Source: Pseudovirgaria hyperparasitica | Taxonomy: Eukaryota | Length of the DNA: 64,000 nucleotides | Direction: 5' to 3' (one strand) | NCBI GenBank assembly: GCA_010093815.1 | Contig: ML996574.1 | In this document: in pieces, positions 23,672 to 35,156 of the stretch | Numbering within the stretch: the stretch's first letter is position 1 | Layout: each line of letters starts with the position of its first letter | Position numbers and translations under genes: made by a program | The notes under the pieces: generated by a model | The model's input: the letters and a program-made list of their open reading frames with translations, nothing else | What the model was told of the DNA's origin: nothing | The model's database searches: none

Positions 23672-26633
23672 GACTGTGATTGTGAGATGGAATGCTCTGC
23701 ATGCTGCAGAAGGATCCGGGGAATGCCAGTGTGTTTTGGAAAAAAGTTGGGAGCTTGGGCCGGAGACTATTTTGTCCCGATACGGAATAGTGCAGTCTTC
23801 GCGACCGGGTATATTATACAACATGGCGACGTCTCTACGCATATATCGCGAACATCTCACAAGACGCGCTTCTTTCAGACTTCCAAACCTCAGACCGGCT
23901 GAAAGAATGCGGTTTCGTCTGGACAGTCAGCTTCAACAATCAAAGTCAGGGTATACCCAGAGGCTTTCATTCATTGCTCATCTATGACTTTACTGCATCT
24001 CCACACGTCCAGTTATATGCCTTCCCCGTATATGCCGCGCCACTGTGACTAGGTACATTCTGCGCACTCCATGTTCTCAACCCCATGTATGGTCTGCTAA
24101 GCCTTTGTTATACGTCTCTTTCTGTCCTCGCTCTCGCTTTCCTGTGTGCTTCCGGCCCTATAGATATTCAATTGTCCTCAACGCTGAGAATTGCATGAAT
24201 GCATGCTCCTTGGAAATGCACTGTTTCATTCTTGGACTGTGTGTGATAGACGACTCCTCTATATCTGTTTTCCAGATACTGTATCTCCTTTTGTGATAAT
24301 GAATCCGTGCTTCATCCTAAATCCCCTGCTCTCTGTACGTAAATACTGTCGTGCTTTGATTCATTGGTTGGTTTGTATTTGTCTTGCTACATGATACATT
24401 TGATGATGAACTATATTATTCTCTTCATTCCCCAGTTTTCTTCCTGCCTCTTTCATATCCTTTACGTTATGTCCATCATCTTCCTCATGACCCTGCGCAT
24501 ACTCTGTGTCTTGTATCTCTTTCCCGCTCATTTGACGCCTTTTCACTGTTCTGCCCTGTGCTCCATCACTTTCGTGCCTTCTGCTTGCTCATAAGTCTTT
24601 GAACGTATTGTGTTTCTCTGTGCTCATAAGCCTCTTGAGCATATATTCCCTTGAACTCATCTTTTCACTCCTCTTCACATTTCTCCACTTGACTCCATAT
24701 CATCAAGACATTCTCTAGACGTCCTTCTCTTATTCTGTCTCATCACTGCTGGTCAGGATCTCGATTCCTCTATACATCCCTGAGTTCTTTCAGCCACGCC
24801 ATGATCATGCCAGTGTCTGACCAATCTAGACAGCACTGTCTATTCCATATTATCCGCCTATCATATTCCCTTTTCGTTTCCTTTTCTCTCGCGTGATATC
24901 TCTCGCGCAGCTTTTACCCGCTGTACAGGCGTTCCCTGTCTCACGTTATGAGCGATACCATGCACGTCTCAATGTTTTTTTGCGCATTTATATCGTATGC
25001 TCTTTTCATTCCTTTCGTCATTCATCCTTAGACCTCGTTTCAGAAACTTCGTGTATGGCTGTTCTGTAGGGATTTTTGACGTTATTATCGGACGTATGAT
25101 CGTTCCGTGCCTTTGTATCTTATGCATATGTCGGTCTTTCGTTGCTCGTCGGAAGAGGAAGTGTCGAGGATGGAAAGTGTGTCTTGAGGAAACTGTAATA
25201 CTAGGTTTAAGTGAGTTTAGAGGAAGAGGTTCTTTCTTTCTTTCTTTTGAGTCAGGTTTTTTGAGGGTAAGTTCATTGTTGGGGTTGGCTTACTGCGTGA
25301 TTCTCACTACAATGAATGTATTCTACCGTGTAATGCTTTTTACCGTGTAGTGATTTTACAGTGTAACATTCTACATATGTGATGTTTCTCTGAGTATCAG
25401 GTATTTCTTAATGCTGTGTTGTTCAGTGGTGTTTACATGCTTTGCGCGATCCGTTCGTCTTCGTATAATAGCTTGATACCTTGGGACTTCGAAACTGTGC
25501 GCATTAGGATTTCGACATTGTGCGTCCCAACCAGAAATGTGCGGAGCTCGGAATTACTTTGCGTTTGTATTCGTTCTGTCATTCATTTGTCTCTGTAGAA
25601 TGAAATACTGTCGGTGTAGTGCTACGATACAATATGCCTTGGTCGTCTGTCTTTGATTTGTGCTGTTCGTAATGTGTGCATGCTTACTTCTGTTCATGCG
25701 TCCGTGTAGAATGAACTGGTCATCCATGCTTATACTTTACTGTTCAGTGCTGTGTAAACGATTTATGTCTTTCTTTCATTCTTCCCTGCAGAACAAGCTG
25801 GTGTCAGTGTAAGACTCCGACTCTGTGTACTTCTCCAGATCGTGTTAGTCTACATTATTCTGACATTCCATGGCTTACACTTGGACTGACGGTTTCAGAA
25901 TGAAACTGGTTCTTATTTTTCAGCTCTTTCATGTTGTATACGCCCCTTCATGTCTTTCATACTTCTCTGAGTCTTTGTGTCTCCTTGTGATTTGTTTGTA
26001 GGACTCTTCGTGGTTGTGCAAAGTATCATGTCGTCCCCACAGTGTAAGGTCCTTCCCCAGCATGATCTGATGTATCCGCTGCCGTAAGAGTATAATTAGT
26101 GAGTATCCAAAAGTCAACTCATTGTCAGTTCAGTAGCCACCTAGTGTGTTGCTGCATACGTTCTCGTGTTCTGAACGCATCTCAGAAGCGTGAAGTCTGG
26201 CTTGTGATTGTGTTGCTCTGGTGCCTGTTCTGACCTGATGTGATGACAGGATGTCAGGGGTAGAACTCACAGTTGGCTGTGAAGATTTGTGAACGATATG
26301 TGCGTGGAATGAAGTTGTGTCTTGTTAGTGTAGCGGTGCCTCTGTGTGACAGCAGACGGGAAGACGTGTTGAACACGGTCTAGGACGGAAGATGTGTATG
26401 TAAACTGAAGCTTTGTTGTAACACAGTCACAGACGGTACTCGAGACTTTTAGATCCCTTGGAGAGTGTTTTCACAGACTCATGATGAACAACAGGACATT
26501 CCTGGCCTCAGATCCATGCACTGGCAGTCAAGAATGAAGCAAATATCGACCGTGAGCTACAACATCAACGCAACGTCCCTGGTTGCTCATTCAAGTCGAT
26601 GAAAGGGAAGATCACATCATCAGCAAGCCATAT

Positions 26634-27278
26634 CTAGAGTAAATATAATCTCAACTTCGCCGTCGTGCCGCAGTCAGCCTTCATAGATCCCAAAATCTCA
26701 TCCCGTTCCACCCTCTTCGTACCCAAAATCTCCCCCGAATCCTGCCTTGCAGCCCCAGAACCCACCTCAGGCACACACTTCATCCTCTCTAGCCCCATTT
26801 TCCATCCAATCAAGCAGCACAATTCATTTGCCCCCTCAACGCTATTCCTAAAGAGACCAAGTCACGGGATTCTTTGATCCCTGAGGATCCCACAGACTAT
26901 ATAACAGCCCGTCCCGCCGTCCCCATTTCCTCTTTTCTCTTTTCTTCTTTATCCTGTGCAGGGGAGAGTGTGATCCAGTGATAGTAATTTGAGGATCCTT
27001 ACTTCGATTGTATCGTTGGAAGGTGCCATTGTGCCGCGTCAACCCCACAGCCCACTTCTATTGGTCTTCGTGATCGGTAGGGAATCTTTGGAACCTCTTT
27101 TGAGGTCTTTTGACCTCTTGTACTCGCGTTTTCGTGAGACCTTTTTTCCACTCAGTAGTGGCCGTTGTGCTGCTGACAGGGAGGAAATTGGTGGTGGGAG
27201 CAGCTTTTGGGCTTGTCTTTGGGAAATATTAAAGGCTTGTGATTTACATTGCTCGTATATAGCTGTATAGTCTGTCAA
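26634..27278 (-). pseudogene. Possible pseudogene fragment
   Basis: ORFs 27278-27039 and 26822-26634 are in the same frame and separated by a few in-frame stops. No recognisable domain. Confidence 0.25.
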
Positions 27279-28234
27279 GTCTTGCCGTGCTAAGACAGTT
27301 CCAACTGCGTAACGATTGTGAAGGTGGTGTTCCTGTGGTTGATGCCCGCTTGACGTGTTTTAACGCACAAAACATCACCACCTCACTGCACCGCGGCAAC
27401 ATATCCATTGCATACAATCCCACTCGGTGTTCAGAGCGGCCCAGTTCTGCCTTCAAGTATATACTTGTCAACTTCCAGAAGACTTGAAGCCCAATTGACT
27501 TTACAGCGCAGCAGTTCCTCGACTCAAAACAATACATTCCAGGGCGTTCCAAGCTCACACCGCCCACGCCCTCAAATTTACTTCACTGAAGCCGTCAGCA
27601 TACGAAGTGACCTTCTGAACCTGGTCATCATAGCTTTACTATCAATATACTCTTATTTCATGCTGATGTGTATGCCGCAGAGCGCGTCACAAACTACTTC
27701 ATGTACATAGTACCACAACACACCGATTCAAAGTACACATCGAACGTTTACCGCTCAATTACGTTACTAACCACAGAGATGTGTCATTCGCTGCTCACTA
27801 GATTGCATCCTGAGCTCTGGTACCATACGATGCGCCATCCTCTCCTCCTTTTCTCCTCTCAAGCGGCAGACCAAGCCTGAAATCCTACCCTCACGCCTCA
27901 TACACATCCAGATCTCTAGCAATCTATAGCCGTTCCCATTCCCATCCCCGCAGGTCTCATATAATCCTTATCTATTCTATATAAGAGAAGAGAACCCTTC
28001 CTCGTAAACCTATATCAATCCAGGACAACTAAAATAAAAGCTCACAACTACACAGCGACGACGACGACAATGACGACGATGACGACGACGGAAGACCACA
28101 ACAATACATATAAATTCCTACACAGAAAATACTGAACGCGAAGAGGGGTACATATACATATATCCCTCTCCCATAGTCCACGTTTCAGCGTCCAACGTTG
28201 TCAGAATTACACACAAAGTCCAGTCTGTGGTGCC

Positions 28235-28392
28235 CACACACCCACACACCCACACACCCACACACCCACACACACATGCCTTCATGCTATCGAAGGCGTA
28301 TTTCCGGACTCGGGTATTCATACCTATCCTCCTATTCCTCCATTCTCGCTCCATTCAAGACTCCATTCAAGACTCCATTCAAAACTCCATCA
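28235..28392. repeat. Microsatellites (ACACACCC)n and ~3 x ACTCCATTCAAG
   Basis: Directly visible tandem units. Confidence 0.8.
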
Positions 28393-31300
28393 ATTCATCC
28401 CTCCGTCAAACTACACGCTAACTTACATAAGACCCAGACCTCCCAATACCTCCCAGACATCACTCAGCTAGGCTACCACGCAACTCCCAAGCCTCGACAC
28501 ATCCACAGATCCATCACGTCAAATGATGTTGTTCGATCACCTCCGCCACGAGAGGAAGGCAAATAGCTGAGCCAGACTGCGCGTATACCGGATACGAGGC
28601 CGAGGCATATACATACATGAACCAAAGTCCTCTATGTGTAGCATAAACAGATGAGGGTCTGTGTTCATATCACCTTCTTTCCCCAGACTCGAGGTGTAGA
28701 GTAAAGGGCGAGTAGGGATTTGTTACATGAAGATGGAACTACACATCATGGTGAGTGAGGAATGGTGAGATCTCGGGGATCTCTCTGTCGTGGTAAGAGT
28801 GGTAGGCTGACTTGACTGTATGACAGGTTACATTATAGACTATAGGCTAATATATAGTCTAGATCTAGATATACTGTACCTACTTCAGAAACATCCATTC
28901 TCGAACTGCGAGACATAAGAGCAGGCATGTCCTCCCCTCCACAAATCCATCGACCAATTCACAGCTCCAATCCACGAATCCCAAATTCAATCCGCGTTCC
29001 ACACGACGACACGAACATACATAACCTTCTTCAACCCAGCTAAGCCATAAACTCATCTCCTATCCCTCATCAACTCGAGTAGTCGAGTGATCGTCACGTC
29101 GAGCATTCAAGTCCCCACCCAACCCGACCCATCCCCATGCCAAAAACAGTGACCAGAAAGAGACCAAAGCTCTCCCACCCCTACCTTGAACAGCTTACGT
29201 TGCGTTTGCGTACGTACCCACCAGCTATTGTTGATGTACGCCGCCATGCCATGATGAGGATCGGAATGCTGGACACAGGACTTAGGACTTACGGATGTGG
29301 TGGACGTGATGTGATGCGATGCGATGCCGGGCATTTTGGAACGTTTGGCAACACCTTGGCGCGACGACGATGCAGAGACGGGCCCCTTGTGGGTTGGCAG
29401 TCTTGGTTCGTGGCTATTGAAGAGGAGGGGGGGAGGGTTTGCAGGACGATAATCAAATGTCGCATACAAAGGCTGGGCATTACGTTGCGACGTCGATGGT
29501 CCATCTCGCAAACGGAGGGAGGATTCGAATGGACCTGGTATCACAGAATTTGATGTTACCGCAACACGACCAACACGCGACCGGAATAGCCCATTTAGTC
29601 AAGCCGCGGCCGCTCACGACGCAATCCTCAGCGACTCCACGCGCACATAACGCCTCACACTGACGACACACCGCAGGTACTATATATATAAACACACACA
29701 CACACACATACATCCCATACAGCACAACACAAGAAGCGCCTTTTACGACGCCCGCCCAGCAGTTAGACAAAGGAGGGAGGCTGTTTCAAAAACACAGAAG
29801 CCGGTCGCCGCATCCGGCCCCTTGGACGGCCAATGCATATTCTACTAACATACTACTTACTACCTTACCCTTACTTATAACATGCACAATCGCAGACCTA
29901 CCTTACAAGTCAGCGTCTTGGCATGGTAGCGCGGCATATGTGGGCAAGGCTGGGCAGGGCAGGGCAAGCGAGGACAAGCTTTTTTAGCCAGAAAGTTGGC
30001 TTGCATGGTATGTTTTTTTTTTCTTTGAGTATTCATACCGCGCGCGCGCGTGGGAGTGCGTGAATTTGAGAAGGCCAAAGGATTTTCTTCCCGGGGGGGA
30101 TATGCGTATGTGCGAGTGTGTGATGGACTAGAGTGTGATTGTGGCGTTTTTGAACCGCGGTATGTTAGCGTGTTACAGAGTCTGATGGTCACACCAGATC
30201 AGTCAATGCTCTTTGGACGACACACACACTACACACAGAGCACACACACACACACACGCACCCAGATCCGGACATTCTCTGATCCTGTCTTGACTCTTGA
30301 GGAGGGCAGACGAGGAGAACGGACGGGCAGCTAAGGGAAATCACCAGGGATGGGAAAAGGGGGGCCAGATGTAGGTCTGTGGGCACCTCGAGGTGGACGG
30401 GCGGACTGGTGAGGCGCAGACAGTGAATTGCGGCTCCATTGCGGCGGCTTTGGATCATCCCCGCACCGGACGTGCATGGCAGCATTTGACTGTAGTGTAG
30501 AAAACGGGGCTCTCTCCTTGTGGTCGGGCCGAATGGATGGGGTGGGTGGGCTGGGCAGCAAGCACTAGAAGGTTCATGGGGCTGTATGTATGCGTATGAT
30601 GATGTCGGCAGTTCCATCAATGATATGGGATTGGGAGAGGAATATTCATGAGTTCTTTTTCGCTGGAGGAGGAGAAGAAGGAGAAGTCAATAGGTTGCTT
30701 TATCCGGTGCCAGCCAGCGGCGGAGGGCCAGACGAGGGCCGGACCGCCGCCGCCACACACGATGCGCCCGGGACGGTAAGTTTAGAAGCCAATCTGATGA
30801 CGATGACACGAGCGAGCAATCTGTGAGTAGTCTTATTATTATTATTGACCATGGATGAATGAGCGCGAGGGGTTGGGGGGTTGGGGGGGTCTGCGAAATT
30901 TGAGAGCAAGGCAGAGCCAGAGCCAGCCAACCAGTCAGCCCTGGAAGAGTCAAGACAGAGTTTGGTTCTATACAATACATCCATGACATGTTCTGAGGAA
31001 ATAAACACCCCGAGTGTCCCCAACCTCTGTTATTGCTTGAACGATTGCATCTTCTTTTTTCCTCCGACACGACATCGACACGCGCTTTGTTTTCGCTCGT
31101 TCTTTTCAAGAGACAACGTCCTATTCGTCCTCCGTCCGCCGTCTATCATCATCATCATCATCATCATCATCATTACATACCCACACACGCACTCACACTC
31201 ACAATTCCCGTCCGTCCTATTCGACACTTGCATCGCGGCCAAGCCCACAAGCTCCGGAGCCGTCTCTTCTCGGACGCTGCTGATCGAACCGCGGCCGAAG

Positions 31301-31467
31301 CCAGGTTAGGTAGAGAGGTAGATCACACTCGACCTACTTCCTGACTGCAGCAGAGACCCGTCCTCAGCCTCCTCTCTACTCATGAGCGCAGCAGCCTCGC
31401 ATCAACACTGCCATTCATCATCAACCCCAGACCCAGCAGCAGCAGCAGCAGCAGCATCTTCATCACC

Positions 31468-33261
31468 ATGTCCGACTCGCTCATCGTGCAATTGGCGCGG
31501 CAAATCACGCAGAATGTAGAGGCCATCGACCAGTACCACGACGCGGCCGGGCTGCGGAAACATTCATTCGACATCGATACCCCGCCAAAGTACAACTACC
31601 CACCGCACATCGAGACGGCGCGACAGGAAGTCTTTGCCGCCACGACCGACCTGCGCGATCTGGTCCTGGGCCCGGTCGAGGCGCTCAAGATTCGCTCCGA
31701 GAGTGTATGTGTCTCGTCTCCCTTTTTTTCCTTTTCCTTTTTCCGTCGCTCTCTCTCGCTCCCTCTCTCTCTCTCGCCGCTTGTGTGTATGTTTGTGTTG
31801 TCGGAATCAGAGGAGCTCACGTGAGTGAATGTATAGTACGCCGATCTCGTCAGTCTGCATGTCATCTACAAGTTTGGCATTGCAGAAAGCTTTCCGGTGG
31901 GCGGCGAGGCCAGCTTCAAGGACATTGCGGCCGTCAGCGGCATCACGGAGCACAACACCAGCCGTCTGATGCGGCACGGCATGCTGCAGCACATGTTCAA
32001 GGAGGTCCGCCCCGGCATTGTGGCACACACGGCGTCTACCCAGGCCATTGCCGAGGACGAGTCCGTAAAGGACATGCTGGGCACGAACGTGGATGAGTTG
32101 TGGCGCTCCTCGCCACGGGTGAGTTTTTGTCCTTCCGTCTATCAATACATGCCATGCATGCCATAGCACAACAAACCCTAACCACATCCCAGGTCACCGA
32201 CGCCCTCCAAGGCTGGCCTACATCCAAAGAACTCTCCCAAACCGTAAGCCTTGCCGTCTATCCTCTTCCAACCCCCTTCTTTTCCCCCCCTCTCCCTATT
32301 CCACCCCTAACCACCCACTCACCCCTCCCACAGCCCTACTCCATCGGCACCGGCACCGGCGCCCCCTTCTTCGCCGAAATGGCCAAACACCCGCAGCGCG
32401 CCCAACGCTTCGCCAACGCCCTCCGCCAGTACAACCCGGACCACCTCACGCTGCGGCGCACCCTCGTCGAAGCCTACGACTGGGCCGCCCTCGGCGCCGC
32501 CACCATCGTCGACCTCGGCGCCATCAGCGGCGGCCTCAGCATCCGCCTCGCAGAACTCTACCCCAACCTCCGCTTCGTCGTCACCAATTCCTCCGCCATG
32601 CTGGCGCAGCAATACCAGCAGCAGCAGCAACAACAACATCAACACGGCCCAAGTAGTCCCGAACACGAAAACAACCACAACCACGAAACCTCTCCCCGCC
32701 CCAACGGCACCACATCCACATCCACATCCCCATCCACCCCAAACGGCACCACATCCCCACCCCCCCAAGCAGTAACCGACAGGATAACATGGATCCCCGC
32801 CCCCATCTTCGACACCCAGCCGCTCCTCGCCCACGGCGCCGACATCTACTACCTCCGCTTCCACCTGCACAGCTGCCCAGACGCCTACGCCGTCCGCCTC
32901 CTGCACGGCCTGATCCCCTGCCTCAAGCCCGGCGCGCGCCTCCTCCTGCACGATTTCGTGCCCACGCGCTGGGCGGGCATTTCGGCGTGGGAGGAGCGGC
33001 AGATGCGGTATGTTTTGCTTACTTCCTTTCCATACGTGCTTTTTACTTTTTACCGCTCCTGGTTCATGTAAGATGCGTGGATTAGTACTAACGAACAACA
33101 GGATCATCGACATGCAGCAGCTCATCTTCCTGAATAGCCAGACGCGCTCGCTGGCGCAGTGGGAGGCGCTGTTTGCGCAGGCGGATGCGCGGTTCGAGTT
33201 TCTTGGCGTGACGGCGTCGAGGCATGGGTTGGATATTTTTGAGGTGCGGTGGCGGGGTTGA
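31468..33261 (+). CDS. O-methyltransferase-like protein (COMT/OmtA-type fold), 5 exons
   Basis: Exons 31468-31704, 31837-32118, 32193-32243, 32334-33007, 33102-33261 splice in frame. Motifs FKEVRPGIVAHT, YDWAALGAATIVDLG, ADIYYLRFHLH, LKPGARLLLHD, RSLAQWEALFAQAD. Confidence 0.9.
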
Positions 33262-33794
33262 GTTTCTTGGGGGGGGGCTTTTGAGGGGTTTTTTTTTTTT
33301 GTTTTGGAGGGAGAGAGAGAGAGAATGGGATTTGGGATTTGATGGAGGGGGTGGATAGGGTGGAGGGGTGGTATAGACTTGTGTGTTTGGTAGGGCTGGG
33401 TTGAATGGATGGATGGATGGATTGAGGGGTGGGATTTGGTTGTTTATGTTGCGTTTGCTACCCCGCGTACCATGAGGATGTAGATGAAGATGAGGTTGGA
33501 GATAGGGTTGGAGATAGGGTTGACGATGAGAGAACAATAGATGGCGATTCCTATATCCACACCCTTCCTTGCAGGTCCTTCTCTATCTTCTATGTTATTG
33601 ACACTGATTAACACAACGCCGTCCCATCCTATGCATCCAACCACCCCTTAAACCAACAATCTATCTCAAAGAAAGATTTAAAATATATATACTAAGAAAC
33701 AGCATGTCCAAAAACATCATTATATAACCACACAAACCAACACTCTAAACCCATGCACTCCATGCACTCCCTTACCCAAGCCCCCACCCAAGCC

Positions 33795-35156
33795 CTACCC
33801 AAGATACTGCGCCGCCCACGCCGGCATCCCCGTCCCCGCGCGCGGCCCCCCATACGCAGTCAGGAAAAAGACACACGCAGTGCAGAAATGGAACAGGCCA
33901 ATGCCATACATGACATACGCCGTTTCACGGCTCAGAAAGCGCGTGACGCGGTTATCCGAGATCTTGTCCTCGGCGCGCAGCAGGACGTTCCAGATGTAGG
34001 TTGTGCAGGCGCGGAGGAAGGCGAGGGGGGAGGACGAGGACGAGGACGAGGGGGATCGGGGGTCTGCGGGTGTGGTGGCGATGATGGAGGTCAGATTTGC
34101 GGGACTCGGGACGACGAGGGAGTCTTGACGGAGACGGGCTTTGGGAAGGGGAGTTGGATGGGTCGGGTGGGTGGAGTGTGCATGCAAGAGACTGCCGGCC
34201 CCTGAGATGGCGGACCGGCGGGTGATGGCGCTGCTGTCAAAGGACTGGTGGCCGAACTTCCAGTGGACGAGCCAGGCGCCGAGCGTGGTCACGACGAGCG
34301 TGAAGAGGATGGTGTAGAGCATGTAGCCGATAGCGTGCTTGCCCTTGTGCACAACGCTCCCGTCGTGCTCGTCCGTCTCCTCAGGGGCAAAGTTGAGCAG
34401 CGTGATGAGCAAGAAGCCTGGGATCAGGACGACGCGGATGACGCGAAGCACGCGCAAGCTCGTCCTGTTCTTGACCGGGTTGAAGATCTGCGCCAGGGCG
34501 CCGAAGGAGAGATACAGGAACCACAGCGCCAGGAGGACGATGAACATGTAGAAGACGCCGACGGGGACCTTGAAGTTGGCCGGGTGTCCGGCGTCGACTT
34601 CGCCGATGGCGTGCCAGATCCAGAGGTCGACGGCGACGTTGAAGTAGAAGCTCAGCGTGGCCAGGACGGCGATGATGGTCGTCAGGATGCCTGTCCCGCA
34701 CACGGGGCAGTGGTCTTCGGTTGGTATGCCGCTGATCTCTATGAACGAGCCGGTGATGTAGCTGGACACGAATCCGACGGCACAGAGTTGGAGTTTGAGG
34801 AGGTGCTTGATGCTGAAGATCTTGATTGCTTGCGGCGCCACGGCCAGGACGAAGATGGCGAGCTTGAGCGTAATGACCTGGACTCCCGGAGTCTTCAGAG
34901 GCTGCCTATCGCTCTTGCTCTGGTGCATGTACCGCACCCAGAGCGCACGAACCAAGGTGATGATATCGATGACTGCGTCGGCGGCACAGATGACCGGAAG
35001 CGCGCGTAACGGATCTGGGGATTCGAGGAACATCTTGCGAGAAGTGTGTTTTGTGTTTGCTGAACGCTGCGTCATGGCTGCAAAAGCGAGTTGGAGAAGA
35101 ATCCAGAACACCTGGGGTCCTGTCACCTCATGGCTGCTGGGCTCAGCAGCACCCAT
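33795..35156 (-). CDS. Multi-pass membrane protein of unknown function
   Basis: 453-aa intronless ORF with many hydrophobic segments (FWILLQLAFAAM, LAIFVLAVAPQAIKIF, YMLYTILFTLVV) and GC3-rich codon usage. Confidence 0.8.
   Translation of the reverse strand: MGAAEPSSHEVTGPQVFWILLQLAFAAMTQRSANTKHTSRKMFLESPDPLRALPVICAADAVIDIITLVRALWVRYMHQSKSDRQPLKTPGVQVITLKLAIFVLAVAPQAIKIFSIKHLLKLQLCAVGFVSSYITGSFIEISGIPTEDHCPVCGTGILTTIIAVLATLSFYFNVAVDLWIWHAIGEVDAGHPANFKVPVGVFYMFIVLLALWFLYLSFGALAQIFNPVKNRTSLRVLRVIRVVLIPGFLLITLLNFAPEETDEHDGSVVHKGKHAIGYMLYTILFTLVVTTLGAWLVHWKFGHQSFDSSAITRRSAISGAGSLLHAHSTHPTHPTPLPKARLRQDSLVVPSPANLTSIIATTPADPRSPSSSSSSSPLAFLRACTTYIWNVLLRAEDKISDNRVTRFLSRETAYVMYGIGLFHFCTACVFFLTAYGGPRAGTGMPAWAAQYLG

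Noticed and set aside
23672..23860. Upstream extension of the 497-aa minus-strand ORF
   Set aside because: Relies on a non-ATG start and low-information sequence. The ATG at 23671 gives a better presequence-like N-terminus.
28000..31460. Short ORFs in the microsatellite-rich region upstream of the O-methyltransferase (similarly 35.2-38.6 kb)
   Set aside because: Low-complexity translations without domains or consistent splice structure. Likely long promoter or UTR DNA.
18523..33261. Complete canonical mycosporine or polyketide gene cluster
   Set aside because: No DDGS, PKS or NRPS backbone gene in the window, and unrelated genes intervene.
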